Counted from the first letter of the stretch, positions 39,956 to 50,069 are shown. The stretch is DNA of 64,000 nt from Candidatus Dojkabacteria bacterium (GCA_030950485.1 JAUZRK010000013.1:9893-73892); one strand, 5' to 3'. Notes: generated from the letters alone by a model not told the origin. Numbers and translations are program-made.

Positions 39956-41797
39956 ATGGAGCAAACTAGTAATAGTCAAAATTTAGGTGTTGAAGAATTC
40001 TTTAGCGGAAAAGCAAAGACAATAAATCCGTCTAATGAGTTTCAGAGTCACTTAAGAGATAATGTTCTCCAAAGTTATATTAATTTTTATGATCAAAAAC
40101 ATATGGAAGTAGAAAAGAAAACTTCTATTTTTAAGAAATACGGAATGCTTTTAGGAAGCGCATTTGCAATCGTATTTGTAGTAGCATTAGCTGCACTATT
40201 TATTACTAATAAAGACTCAGATGATAAATCTGAAAATGAAAATATAGCTGAAGGTACTTTCTTAGGTGCTGAAGTAGCTTTTTATGACGGTGATTTAGAG
40301 TTAATGAACGAATCTGGTGGATGGGATGATTACTCTGAAGGATATGTTTTAGAAGAAGGAGATTCATTAAGAATAGCAGGAGCTGGTAGAGCTGCAGTAA
40401 ACTTTGATGATGGGTCTGCTATTAGACTAAACTCAAATACTGAGGTAACACTAAGTTCATTAGATCCTCAGAATATTGTTATCTCAAATAATTCAGGTGA
40501 AGTTTACTCAAGAGTAGTTAAATCTGATAGAGATTTTAGTATTGTTGCAGATGATATTAGATATCACTCTTTAGGAACTGCTTATAAAACTATAAATAAA
40601 GAAAATAAAAAGGGAGTAGTGGTTTACGAAAGTAAAGTAGAAATCTTAGGGATTAATAATAATGGTGACATTTTAGTTAACCAAGGAGAAGAATTTTTCT
40701 TAGTTAATGTTGACGCTCCAGAAACTGCAAATAAAGTACAAACAGTTAACGTTGATGATCTTGATAAGGATGAGTTCATCCAATGGAATAAGACTCAAGA
40801 TTCTGTAGAGTTTAAAAATAATTTAGGAATACTAGACAAAGCAAACTTTAAAGCAGAGAGTGTAACAGTTGAAGAATCTAATGTTGTTGAGGTAAGTACA
40901 GGTAACATATCAGCCTCAGGTTATCCAACAGAAGAAGGTGTGATGATAAATTGGGAAATATCTGAGGGATTAGATGTTTCTAAAGGATTTAAAGTATTAA
41001 AAAGCTTCGAGCCAAATCCTACTTTTCGAGGGAATGCTGCTGCAAATTACATCTCAGATTCTAGCGTAAGAACATACTTTGAACCTGTTCAAGATGGAAA
41101 GAGTTACCATTTTAGAGTATGTAGATATACAGGAGGTTCTTGTGATAGTTATAGTGCTGACATTGTAATTCAAGCACCTTTAGTACAGGTTAAAGATGAA
41201 CCTAAAACTAATCCAGTTCCAGTAAATGATAGTGCATCAATCAGTCTAAGCGGAAGTGCAACTGCTGATGGAATTACTTTAAATTGGAGTGTAAGCGGTT
41301 CAGCACCACAAGGTTATAAAGTTGTAAAAAGTTTATCACCAAATCCAGCATATGGAATTGACGATGCTACTTACATTGGAGATGAAAATCAAAAATCACA
41401 TTATATAAGTGTCAAAGATGGTAAGACATATAATTTCAGAGTATGTATATATACTGGAAACGGCTGTGATTCTTATAGTAATAATATTGCTGTAACTGCT
41501 TCCAGTGGTCCTGTAGCTGGAGTAAACTCTATTAGCTTAAGTTCAGGTGGTGGAGAGATAGTAAATTGGTCAACAAGTGGTTACGCTGCTGAAGGTTTTA
41601 AGGTTACTTACTCTAAAACAGCAGGTCCAACGTATCCTGCAAGAGGAACTGATAAAGCGCAGTATGCTTCAGATCCTAATACTACAAGCAATTATATTAA
41701 TGCTTTTGATGGAGCTGGAACTTACTTTGTAAGAGTGTGTGAATATAAAAGTGGTACTTGTGGAGTTTATTCAAACGAGATTACAGTTAATTTATAA
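39956..41797 (+). CDS. FecR-like anti-sigma factor, single TM, three C-terminal Cys-pair repeat domains
   Basis: FecR-like DDGSAIRLNSNTEV...GEVYSRV...SLGTAYK; three repeats ending Y.FRVC.Y.G.C..YSN.I.V. Confidence 0.55.
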   Translation: MEQTSNSQNLGVEEFFSGKAKTINPSNEFQSHLRDNVLQSYINFYDQKHMEVEKKTSIFKKYGMLLGSAFAIVFVVALAALFITNKDSDDKSENENIAEGTFLGAEVAFYDGDLELMNESGGWDDYSEGYVLEEGDSLRIAGAGRAAVNFDDGSAIRLNSNTEVTLSSLDPQNIVISNNSGEVYSRVVKSDRDFSIVADDIRYHSLGTAYKTINKENKKGVVVYESKVEILGINNNGDILVNQGEEFFLVNVDAPETANKVQTVNVDDLDKDEFIQWNKTQDSVEFKNNLGILDKANFKAESVTVEESNVVEVSTGNISASGYPTEEGVMINWEISEGLDVSKGFKVLKSFEPNPTFRGNAAANYISDSSVRTYFEPVQDGKSYHFRVCRYTGGSCDSYSADIVIQAPLVQVKDEPKTNPVPVNDSASISLSGSATADGITLNWSVSGSAPQGYKVVKSLSPNPAYGIDDATYIGDENQKSHYISVKDGKTYNFRVCIYTGNGCDSYSNNIAVTASSGPVAGVNSISLSSGGGEIVNWSTSGYAAEGFKVTYSKTAGPTYPARGTDKAQYASDPNTTSNYINAFDGAGTYFVRVCEYKSGTCGVYSNEITVNL

Positions 41798-41837
41798 TAC
41801 TGTTAATGTTTTATTGAAGTATTTAAAAAATATTGGA

Positions 41838-41868
41838 GCAGGGGTTAATTCTGCTCCAATACTTTATT
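41838..41868 (+). terminator. rho-independent terminator hairpin TTGGAGCAG-N9-CTGCTCCAA + T-run
   Basis: 10-bp stem followed by TACTTTATTAT; carries the GGAGCAGGG core. Confidence 0.55.
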
Positions 41869-41888
41869 ATCTCAGAATTTGAAGAAAG

Positions 41889-41992
41889 ATTAATTTTTAT
41901 ATAACTCCCAATTCTTTTTCATCTTATAGAGAAAAAACCACTAAATTTCTTTGGAATCAACCATTTTATAGTTGCGGAAAAGATAGCCTAAT
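41889..41992. repeat. right copy of ~100-bp direct repeat; encodes a relic C-terminus FHLIEKKPLNFFGINHFIVAEKIA*
   Basis: Aligns with 39166..39261 including the reading frame of the upstream gene's last 24 codons. Confidence 0.7.
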
Positions 41993-41994
41993 AG

Positions 41995-42651
41995 TTAGGC
42001 TTCTCTAGATATCTTTCCAATTTCTGCTTTAATGTTCTCATTATTTAGATAATTATGGCTAAAGCTAGGATCGCCTTTTTCAATATTTGTAATTATATTA
42101 TTAGATAGATAATGTAGGCTTTTAAGATCGGCTTCTTTTGCTAATTTCATCATCGTCTTCCATAATAATACATAATCTTTTCCAACTTCTTTATGTTTTA
42201 AATAGTTAATCTCACTTTGAGAATCTCTTTTTAACGCTTCTGATGTCTTAATCGTAAAAAATTCATTTACTGCATTGATTACGTATGCAAAAATATCTAT
42301 ATCTTCGTTGGTAAGTGAAATAGGGTAATGTAAATTGGGATCATTTAGGTAATCTAATAACTTATTGTAATGATCAATATCCGTTTGATCAAGCATTTCA
42401 TGAAAATCTTCTAATCGAAAACCAGCCTCTAAAAATTCTTTATAAAAATCGTTTAACGCTTGAACAAAGTCATAATCAATAAAGAAACTTTCTAAAGTAC
42501 GACTCTGATCTGAAATAAATAAAAATTTACTTTCAAGACATTTCAGGGAGTAGCCTAACTCAGTTTCATAAAATGCTGGATCTATAACATTAGTGTCTTC
42601 AAATGTATCAATTTCAGATAGAACAGATTGAATTTCGCTTTCAGTAATCAT
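41995..42651 (-). CDS. hypothetical protein
   Basis: 218-aa ORF. Confidence 0.45.
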   Translation of the reverse strand: MITESEIQSVLSEIDTFEDTNVIDPAFYETELGYSLKCLESKFLFISDQSRTLESFFIDYDFVQALNDFYKEFLEAGFRLEDFHEMLDQTDIDHYNKLLDYLNDPNLHYPISLTNEDIDIFAYVINAVNEFFTIKTSEALKRDSQSEINYLKHKEVGKDYVLLWKTMMKLAKEADLKSLHYLSNNIITNIEKGDPSFSHNYLNNENIKAEIGKISREA

Positions 42652-44035
42652 TAGCGTTGCTTAAATTTAACTATATATTTATCAATATCGAATTTTCTCT
42701 TTAACCCATTAAAATTCATATATCGGATTTTACCAAATACTTCCCTTTCAAACCAAGCTCTATCGTGAACTCCAGCTATTGACCAAAGTATACCAACGTA
42801 ACCATTAGGGTCATATCCATCCAAACTATATTTATCATTTAAATAAATTGCTCTTTCTATAGCAACCTCTGCATTCTCAGACCACTCTAAAATCTTCTTG
42901 CACCAATACATTCTCATATATCCATGTATCTTACCCGTAGTCATCATTTAATCTGAGCTGCATTCCAAGCAATATCATGAGTTTCTGCATCTTCTAGCTC
43001 TTTAAGAGAGTATAGATATTCTCTTTTATCATTTTCGTGATCTTTGAAAGTTTTAATTGCCCAATCTTTAGCCCCTTTTAATGATTTATAGTTTTTATTG
43101 TAATAACAAAAATTATCGCTTAGTTCTTTTCTAATAATGAGTTCTTCTAAAAATGAATCAATCGATTTATCCATTTCATTATTAATGCTCCTTAGCTTTT
43201 GTAATTCTATGGCTACTCTTAGTGAACTTATCTGTCCAAAATGTAAATATGGACTTAGTCCAGATAAATGATTTAAACTCGGTTCATTTCTAAGTTCGCC
43301 GTAGGCTTCTAGTCGTTCATTAATGAAATTATTAAGGATTTCTTTAGCTGCATTTTCCCCGGAATCATGTTTAACTTTATAATCAAAATCTTCTATATCT
43401 AAGTTTTGTAAGATATCTTTAAAGTAGGTTTTATCTGGATTTATTTTGAATTTTTCATCTAAACCTATAATCTTAAAAGAATCTTGTTTTTTAAGTAATT
43501 CTGGTTCAACTAAATAACTAGCTAGTTTTGAATTAATTTTCGGACGAATAGTTCTAGCAGCGTATTCTTCTTTATCAGAAGTAACCCAGATAGGAACGAT
43601 ATTATGGGTATCGACAACGTAGCATGGTATTTTAAGTTTTTCTGCTAATTTCTTCTTTGTATTTATTGGTCCGTTTAATGGAGAAAAATCAAAATATATT
43701 GTTGAGACATTTAATTTATTTACAAGTTCTAGAACACTTTTATTAAAATCTCCAACTGAAGATATGAAAGATATATTTAATTTATTAAGATCTTTAACTA
43801 TTTCAGTCAGACCTTTAAACATAAATTCATATTGAGGTTTAATTCTATTTTTAACTTTTGGGTAAATATTAAAATAGACAATAACTGCTGAACCTAAAGC
43901 CTCAGCATGTTTACTCGCAGCTAGTAGCGCGTGATTATCATTAACTCTTTGATCTCTAGACATTACATAAATAATATTTCCGCTAGTATCATTGACTAAA
44001 GCACCGTTTAGTTTTTGTATTCTTGTTTTAAGCAT
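42651..44035 (-). pseudogene. phr: class II CPD deoxyribodipyrimidine photolyase, frameshifted near 42946
   Basis: 42944..44035 = N-terminal alpha/beta + FAD domain; 42651..42947 = C-terminus [12 protein letters not shown]...[33 protein letters not shown]; adding one A to AAA run restores [15 protein letters not shown]. Confidence 0.7.
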
Positions 44036-44067
44036 ACATTAAGTTTATCAAATGTTAATATTATTTT

Positions 44068-44712
44068 GTGAAAGTACTTAGTAATATAATAAAAAACATT
44101 CAGAATTCAATTCTATTGATCTATTATTCATTTAGAGATATCTTTTCTTCAAGAAAAGTACCTGTTAGTTGGTCAGAAGGAGAAAAGGGAGTAATTGTGC
44201 TAATTCCTGGTTTTGCAGAGAAGGTTAGCTTTATAAAATTATTAGGAGATAGATTTAATAAAAATGGCTACAAAGTAGTTTATCCAAATTCACTATCAAG
44301 AATTAATAATATTGAGGAGAATGTTGATAAGGTAATTAGTGAGTTAAATGATTTAAAAATAAAGAGTGCAATATTTATTACACATAAGGAGGGAGGTTTA
44401 GTTGCAGCAAGGGTTAAAGAAGTTAGAAAGGATCTAATTGATAAATTTATTGCTATTAATACACCTTGGAATATAGCTGATATTTTAGGGTCTAGGAAAA
44501 GATTAATTCAATCAAAAGACTTTATTGATTTTAGAAATAATAAATCATTAATAAGCGGAATTATAAATATCTATTCAAAGGGAAATAATACTGAGAATAC
44601 TAGGTTAAAAGGCGTTAAGAATATTTTGATTGATCAAAAAGGATCTATAGCAGTATTAAGTTCAAAAGAAGTTTTTAAATTGATTTCAAATTTAATAAAT
44701 GAAAATAATTAG
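44068..44712 (+). CDS. alpha/beta hydrolase-fold protein lacking nucleophile Ser (THKEGG instead of GHSKG)
   Basis: Paralog of next gene (VPVSWSEGEKGVIVLIPGF vs APIKWNTGERGVVVLIPGF). Confidence 0.45.
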   Translation: MKVLSNIIKNIQNSILLIYYSFRDIFSSRKVPVSWSEGEKGVIVLIPGFAEKVSFIKLLGDRFNKNGYKVVYPNSLSRINNIEENVDKVISELNDLKIKSAIFITHKEGGLVAARVKEVRKDLIDKFIAINTPWNIADILGSRKRLIQSKDFIDFRNNKSLISGIINIYSKGNNTENTRLKGVKNILIDQKGSIAVLSSKEVFKLISNLINENN

Positions 44713-45379
44713 TTTTTTTAAAAACAGTTTTTATTTAATATTAGAGTATATTTTAATTTTCAAACTATACTTTTTAGAACTTTTAAATCGTAATGCTCCA
44801 ATAAAATGGAATACTGGAGAGAGGGGAGTAGTAGTTTTAATACCAGGCTTTACTGAAGGATTAGAACATGTGCGTTATCTTGGGAATAGATTAAATGAAC
44901 AAGGATTTAGAATAATTATTCCAGCAATATCAACAAAAACTAAGAGAATTGAAGACTCCGCTAAAGAAGTACTCGCTGAGTTAGATGATTTAGGAATTAC
45001 TAAACCGATCTTAATAGGTCATAGTAAAGGAGCTCTAATATCTTGCTTTATTGAAAAAATAAAGCCTGGGTTTTCTTCTAAGATAGTAACAATATCAAGT
45101 CCAATCAAAGGAAGTATATGGGGTCATTTTAGAATAATGAATTTATCGGAAATGATTCCGAATTCTAAATTATTAAAGTACATTCAGGAAATTGCGAATG
45201 AGAAGATCTCTCTAAATATTTATCCTAAAGTCGATAATCATGTTATTCCAAAGAGTAGTTTAGTTTTAGGAAAGGAGGATATAGATGTTGAAGTAGATAT
45301 TGTTGGGCATACGAGGATATTGTTTGATGATAGAGTAATTATCTTAATTCTATGTGAATTAAATAATAAAGATAAATGA
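44699..45379 (+). CDS. alpha/beta hydrolase (lipase/esterase-like), GHSKG nucleophile elbow
   Basis: LIGHSKGALIS; TGA stop overlapping next ATG (ATGA). Confidence 0.5.
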   Translation: MKIISFFKNSFYLILEYILIFKLYFLELLNRNAPIKWNTGERGVVVLIPGFTEGLEHVRYLGNRLNEQGFRIIIPAISTKTKRIEDSAKEVLAELDDLGITKPILIGHSKGALISCFIEKIKPGFSSKIVTISSPIKGSIWGHFRIMNLSEMIPNSKLLKYIQEIANEKISLNIYPKVDNHVIPKSSLVLGKEDIDVEVDIVGHTRILFDDRVIILILCELNNKDK

Positions 45380-46089
45380 AACAAGAACAAATGCAAAAAC
45401 TTATTTCAGATTTGCGAGAAGACTCTTTAGCTGAAAATATTGTTATTAACGGGAATGATAAAAGTTTAGTTAATCAATATAAACTTCACGATAATATTCC
45501 TAATAAGTGGTTCGACTGGGTAAATAGGGTAGATGCGCAGGTTATGATTATAGGGCAAGACTGGGGACCATATTCTGTCTTGAAAAAAATGATAGAAGAT
45601 CCGACTTATACGAATGATGAAGAAAGGTATTGGGGGACATTTTCCTCTCGTACTGAAAAATTCATAATGAAGGCAATTCAATCTACATATGAAGAAGAGG
45701 TAGGAGAATTCAATAGAGATGTCTTTGATAAGTTTATTTTTACAATGGCTGTTTTATTTACTAGAAAAGGAAATCATTTTAGAGGAGTGGATAATTTTCA
45801 CGAAAAGAGATCTTTTGAAATTTCATATCCGTATGTTTCTAGACAGATTGATATAGTTAAGCCGAAAGTAATAATGCCGCTGGGTAGAATGGGGGTAGAA
45901 ATTCTTGATAAAAAATTTGAATTAGGGCTATTTATTGATAAAACTTTGACTCAGATTGTTGAAGAAAATCTAGATAAAGAACCTATTAGGGTAGGTGATT
46001 ATTCTATTATCCCAAATTTTCATCCAGCTAGTCATACTGATCCTAAGAAACAGATTAGACAGTGGAGGAAGATTTGGGAAATAGCTTGA
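45376..46089 (+). CDS. uracil-DNA glycosylase superfamily protein (tentative)
   Basis: VMIIGQDWGP and IIPNFHPASH resemble UDG family motifs A/B. Confidence 0.4.
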   Translation: MKQEQMQKLISDLREDSLAENIVINGNDKSLVNQYKLHDNIPNKWFDWVNRVDAQVMIIGQDWGPYSVLKKMIEDPTYTNDEERYWGTFSSRTEKFIMKAIQSTYEEEVGEFNRDVFDKFIFTMAVLFTRKGNHFRGVDNFHEKRSFEISYPYVSRQIDIVKPKVIMPLGRMGVEILDKKFELGLFIDKTLTQIVEENLDKEPIRVGDYSIIPNFHPASHTDPKKQIRQWRKIWEIA

Positions 46090-46145
46090 TCTCAAGATAT
46101 AGATAAATCTGAATAGTATGGTTTAAGAGAAATGTCTTTGATTTA

Positions 46146-46766
46146 CTAAAGTGTATCCATAAAGTCAAAATCATCATCACCATCCTCGGCGAAATCCATA
46201 CCATATGCATCCATTATTGCATTTCCAAAAATTACACAAATATTTAACATAGTATCATCAAACTCATCGCTCATATTTAATTGAGAGAATTGGCCTAATA
46301 ATTTTAGATAGTTAAGAAGTTCGAGAGCAACTGTCATTGCTAGGCCAGTTTTTCGTCCAATCTTATCAATAAACTCTGCTTTGAATTTTAATAAGAACTC
46401 ATCCTGAGTCCCTCCGATTTTTGCACTTAAACTTGCGAGTAAGGGCTTTATTGAATCAGAATTAACTAAATCTGCCTCGTGACCAAAGTACTCTTGTTGT
46501 AAATCAACGGGACCTCTTGTATTTATATCTGGTTTTGCTCTTTCAGCTTCTCTTTGTTCTTCTGTTAAATCAATGTTTGCAGTAGAAGATGAAAGACCTC
46601 TGACTTTAGTAGCCCTAACTTGTCTAATTAAGTCTGTCCCAGGATTTACACTTTCAACTATTTCAGCTACTTCTTCTAGTACATCAATTGCTAATAACCG
46701 CATACTATCAGCGAGCTGAGTAGTTCTTGCTTGGTCAAATAGTGACATATCAAAATGCTTTGGCAT
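46146..46766 (-). CDS. hypothetical acidic protein
   Basis: 206-aa ORF, acidic C-terminal tail. Confidence 0.4.
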   Translation of the reverse strand: MPKHFDMSLFDQARTTQLADSMRLLAIDVLEEVAEIVESVNPGTDLIRQVRATKVRGLSSSTANIDLTEEQREAERAKPDINTRGPVDLQQEYFGHEADLVNSDSIKPLLASLSAKIGGTQDEFLLKFKAEFIDKIGRKTGLAMTVALELLNYLKLLGQFSQLNMSDEFDDTMLNICVIFGNAIMDAYGMDFAEDGDDDFDFMDTL

Positions 46767-47044
46767 CTTATCCGCATCATCTAATTTCTCTAATATTTTA
46801 TCTGAGTATTTTGATAGGTCTAATATTTCTAATGTTCTTATATCTCTTTGTGTAGCATTACCTTCATATTACTTATTAGTTAGATTCACATATTGAATTA
46901 ATAAGTTACCTACAGGTACTTCATACTTAGATTGGTCTAACGGTATTATGTTAGTTGTTTCTACTGCTTCAGGTGTATCTATTTCAGTGTTGATTTCTTC
47001 CATACTTGATTCTAACATTTTGGAGTCAAAATTTGTAAATTCTT

Positions 47045-47755
47045 TTACCCTATGACTTTTACAACCTGTTCCACGAAAAATGTAGAATCTTTTTTATGAA
47101 GCGCATGCTTAAATTTATCTTCTATTGTAATTAGTTCAATATTATTATTATTATTTAACTCACTAAAAGTCTTACTAGAAGAGTATTTTGTATAAGTATC
47201 AGATTTAGAATGAAAGATATAAATTGGTCTTTTATTAGATTTAACTAAATCTAGGACTTCTTTTTGCATTTTTTTAATCCCTAAAAAGAGTCGAGGAGTT
47301 ATCTGATCGTGAAATAGTGGATCTTTCTTTAATTCGTTATTGCCTAAAATCCCGGCTCTTAAACTTAGTTGTGGATAAATATAATTCATTATCTTTGAAA
47401 GAAAGCTAGACCAAATAGGGTATTTTTTATAAGTTTCAATGGCAGGAGCAAATAATATCAACTTATCAAAACTATGGTTATATTTTAGAAAATAATGAAG
47501 TGAAACAAGTCCTCCTAAACTATAACCAAGTAAAATTTTATCTGAGTCATCAATAAAATCTAGTAACGCCTTATCTATATCGTCCCTAAAGTCTGTAATT
47601 GATTTTATATAACCTTGCTTACTATGATTCTCTCCGAACCCTCTTAAATCAATAGAATGAGTCTTAATATCAACTTTTTCTAGTTCATTTAAGAACTTCT
47701 GTTCTGAGTTTTTATGGCCACCAAATCCATGGATGTATAGTAATTCGTGTTTCAT
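47045..47755 (-). CDS. alpha/beta hydrolase (lysophospholipase-like)
   Basis: HGFGGH...GYSLGG nucleophile elbow; 4-nt overlap with upstream regulator. Confidence 0.6.
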   Translation of the reverse strand: MKHELLYIHGFGGHKNSEQKFLNELEKVDIKTHSIDLRGFGENHSKQGYIKSITDFRDDIDKALLDFIDDSDKILLGYSLGGLVSLHYFLKYNHSFDKLILFAPAIETYKKYPIWSSFLSKIMNYIYPQLSLRAGILGNNELKKDPLFHDQITPRLFLGIKKMQKEVLDLVKSNKRPIYIFHSKSDTYTKYSSSKTFSELNNNNNIELITIEDKFKHALHKKDSTFFVEQVVKVIG

Positions 47756-48462
47756 TTATTTAATTCTAAATATTCTACTTTAGTCATTGAAGTATCAAAA
47801 AGTCTTTTTAATAATGCTTTAAACATTTGTGTCGTCGCAAGGTCTTCATAAATATTAACCTTAAACCCACCTTTTTCAAAGCTACAAATTCCGACACGGT
47901 CATTCCACCAGTAAATATCACAATTAACGTTTATAATATCTTTTGTAGCAATTCGTCCTATAAACCAAGGTTCCCAGAGCTTTTTTCTTGAGTGATCCTT
48001 TAAAAGTGCTATATTTTCTTTAGTATCTGTAACTGTAAATATATCTCTTCTTTTCTTTACTGAAATTGTATCTCTATATATTTCTACTGCTTCGTATAAT
48101 TCAGGGATAAGCTTTCTTTCTAGGTTGCCATAGCCCCAAATCTCTCCACTACCTGCAGCAATTAAATTTAACATATCTATATATGCATCTAGTCCTACAA
48201 TACTATTTTTCATTAATACATTCTCAAGATCAAACTTTTTACTCTCAATATAATTTTCCAAAACTTCTTTAGACTCAAGAGAGTAATATATCTTTTTTGC
48301 TGAAATTTCCTTCTTTCTTATGATCTTTTCTTCTAAAAGTTTTTCGAGTTGAAACGAAATGCTCGATTTATTCAATTTAAGTGAACTTGAAATATCAGCA
48401 AGGCTAAGACTACTTTCTCTTTTCAGTAAATCAATTATAGATTCTTGTTGCTGCGTAAACAT
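47752..48462 (-). CDS. winged-helix regulator with TrmB-like C-terminal domain
   Basis: N-terminal wHTH; C-terminal IYWWNDRVGICSFEKGG resembles C-domain of the other TrmB paralogs. Confidence 0.45.
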   Translation of the reverse strand: MFTQQQESIIDLLKRESSLSLADISSSLKLNKSSISFQLEKLLEEKIIRKKEISAKKIYYSLESKEVLENYIESKKFDLENVLMKNSIVGLDAYIDMLNLIAAGSGEIWGYGNLERKLIPELYEAVEIYRDTISVKKRRDIFTVTDTKENIALLKDHSRKKLWEPWFIGRIATKDIINVNCDIYWWNDRVGICSFEKGGFKVNIYEDLATTQMFKALLKRLFDTSMTKVEYLELNK

Positions 48463-48468
48463 GTTCTT

Positions 48469-48508
48469 TATTCAGTAAATATGTATAATTGTACAGTAAT
48501 ACTGAATA
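48469..48508. promoter_or_regulatory. inverted repeat TATTCAGTA-N22-TACTGAATA enclosing extended -10 TGTATAAT
   Basis: 9-bp perfect arms in divergent promoter region between regulator and OCD gene. Confidence 0.35.
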
Positions 48509-48558
48509 TATATCAAGACATTGTTATAATATATTCATAATATTAAGCTAAATTATAA

Positions 48559-49533
48559 ATGACAAGAATACTAACTAATAAAATTATCATAGAAAATGCG
48601 AATATCATGAAAATGATTGAATCTGTTGAAGATTCATATAGAAACATTGATAAATATGGGATTCCTCCAAGATTTTTCGCAAATACAAAGAATGGAGGAG
48701 ACTATTTAGTTGCTGCTTGTACTAACTTGACAAATGATACTTTTATTATAAGAGGATCAGACTTTACACCTGGAAGAACTCCAACTGTAATGGGTCATTT
48801 TATGTATAAAAGTTACGCGACGGGAGAACTTCTAGCTATTGCTGATGGGGCTGAGCTTATTAATTATCGAACTGGTGCTAAAGCTGCAGTTGCTGCTAAA
48901 TATCTTGCAAGAAAGAACTCTGAAACATTAGGTTTAATCGGACTTGGCGAGAGCGTAAAGGTTCACGCTGAATGTATGAAGGCATTATTTCCATTGAAGA
49001 GAATTCTTGGATTTTCAAGAAATCCAGAACAATGGAGTACCCAATTAAATTATATTAAGGAGAAAACAGGAATCGAAGTTGAAATAGTCAGTAGAGAAGA
49101 GTTAATAAATGAATCAGATATTATTGTTTTAAGTACAAGATCAAAAGAACCTTTAGTGAAATTAGAAGAAGCAAAGCGAGCCGGACAGTTAATTATTTCA
49201 ACAGCTCATACTGAAGAAGTTGATAAAGAGATTGCAAAATCAAAAGACATTAAGACATTTGTTGGTAGATATGAAGTTGCTAAAACTGAGTTTGGACCTG
49301 TTAAAGTAGCTCTAGACGAAGGTTTTGATGAATCAATAATGAATGGCGAATTGAGAGAAGTGATAAATGCAGCGCTTACAGTAGGGGCGAATGATAATTC
49401 GCCCTTACTGGGAAGAGAAAATGAAGAAGAGATTATTTTCTTTCAATCATTAGGATCAACACATGAAGATATGGCGGTTTTGGAGGCTGCATATGAGACG
49501 GTAGGAGATAAGGCTGAGAGTGTAGAAGTTTAA
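48559..49533 (+). CDS. ornithine cyclodeaminase / mu-crystallin family protein
   Basis: Rossmann GLIGLGESVKVHAE, substrate-binding GAELINYRTGAKAAVAAKYLAR. Confidence 0.6.
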   Translation: MTRILTNKIIIENANIMKMIESVEDSYRNIDKYGIPPRFFANTKNGGDYLVAACTNLTNDTFIIRGSDFTPGRTPTVMGHFMYKSYATGELLAIADGAELINYRTGAKAAVAAKYLARKNSETLGLIGLGESVKVHAECMKALFPLKRILGFSRNPEQWSTQLNYIKEKTGIEVEIVSREELINESDIIVLSTRSKEPLVKLEEAKRAGQLIISTAHTEEVDKEIAKSKDIKTFVGRYEVAKTEFGPVKVALDEGFDESIMNGELREVINAALTVGANDNSPLLGRENEEEIIFFQSLGSTHEDMAVLEAAYETVGDKAESVEV

Positions 49534-49603
49534 ATATATAAAACCCCGTAGGGGCAAGATATATCTTGCCCCTACGGATAAAACAATTATTAAATATAAA
49601 AAT

Positions 49604-50062
49604 ATGCAAACACCAGGCCAGTACATTCCATTTAGTTACAAAATTAATGCCATGGATTTAAATGTCTATCCAGTTTTAGACGAGAATCCACTAAAAGATA
49701 TTTTTAAAAATGAAGATGAAATTATTGATCATTTAAAACAGCTGTATTCTAAGAATGATTTAGATGAAGGAAGATATCATATTCTTTTCGTTTGGAATTT
49801 AAACGGAAACAGGATGACCGATGTCTGGGTTCATAAATTAGAAAATTGGAGTGAAGGATGCGGACCTTTACTTGAAGTTAAAACTTTTGAGAATTTAGAA
49901 GAAACTAGTGAAGCTGGAATTGCTTCTGGAGACAGTATTATGGCATTAGGTAGAGAAGAGGAGTTGAGACGAAATACTGAGAGCTTTGAAGATTATTTAG
50001 ACAGGTCAAAGGTAATGCCTGAATTTATGGATGGGTTTAAGCCGAATAAGAAATTTGAATAA
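49604..50062 (+). CDS. hypothetical protein
   Basis: 152-aa ORF. Confidence 0.4.
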   Translation: MQTPGQYIPFSYKINAMDLNVYPVLDENPLKDIFKNEDEIIDHLKQLYSKNDLDEGRYHILFVWNLNGNRMTDVWVHKLENWSEGCGPLLEVKTFENLEETSEAGIASGDSIMALGREEELRRNTESFEDYLDRSKVMPEFMDGFKPNKKFE

Positions 50063-50069
50063 TTTAACT

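Noticed and set aside
46767-47044. 49-codon minus-strand ORF (MLESSMEEINTEIDTPEAVE...) in frame with 46146..46766 across a TAA
   Set aside because: Sharing a frame has a one-in-three chance and there is no homology support. It is probably an unrelated small upstream ORF or non-coding.
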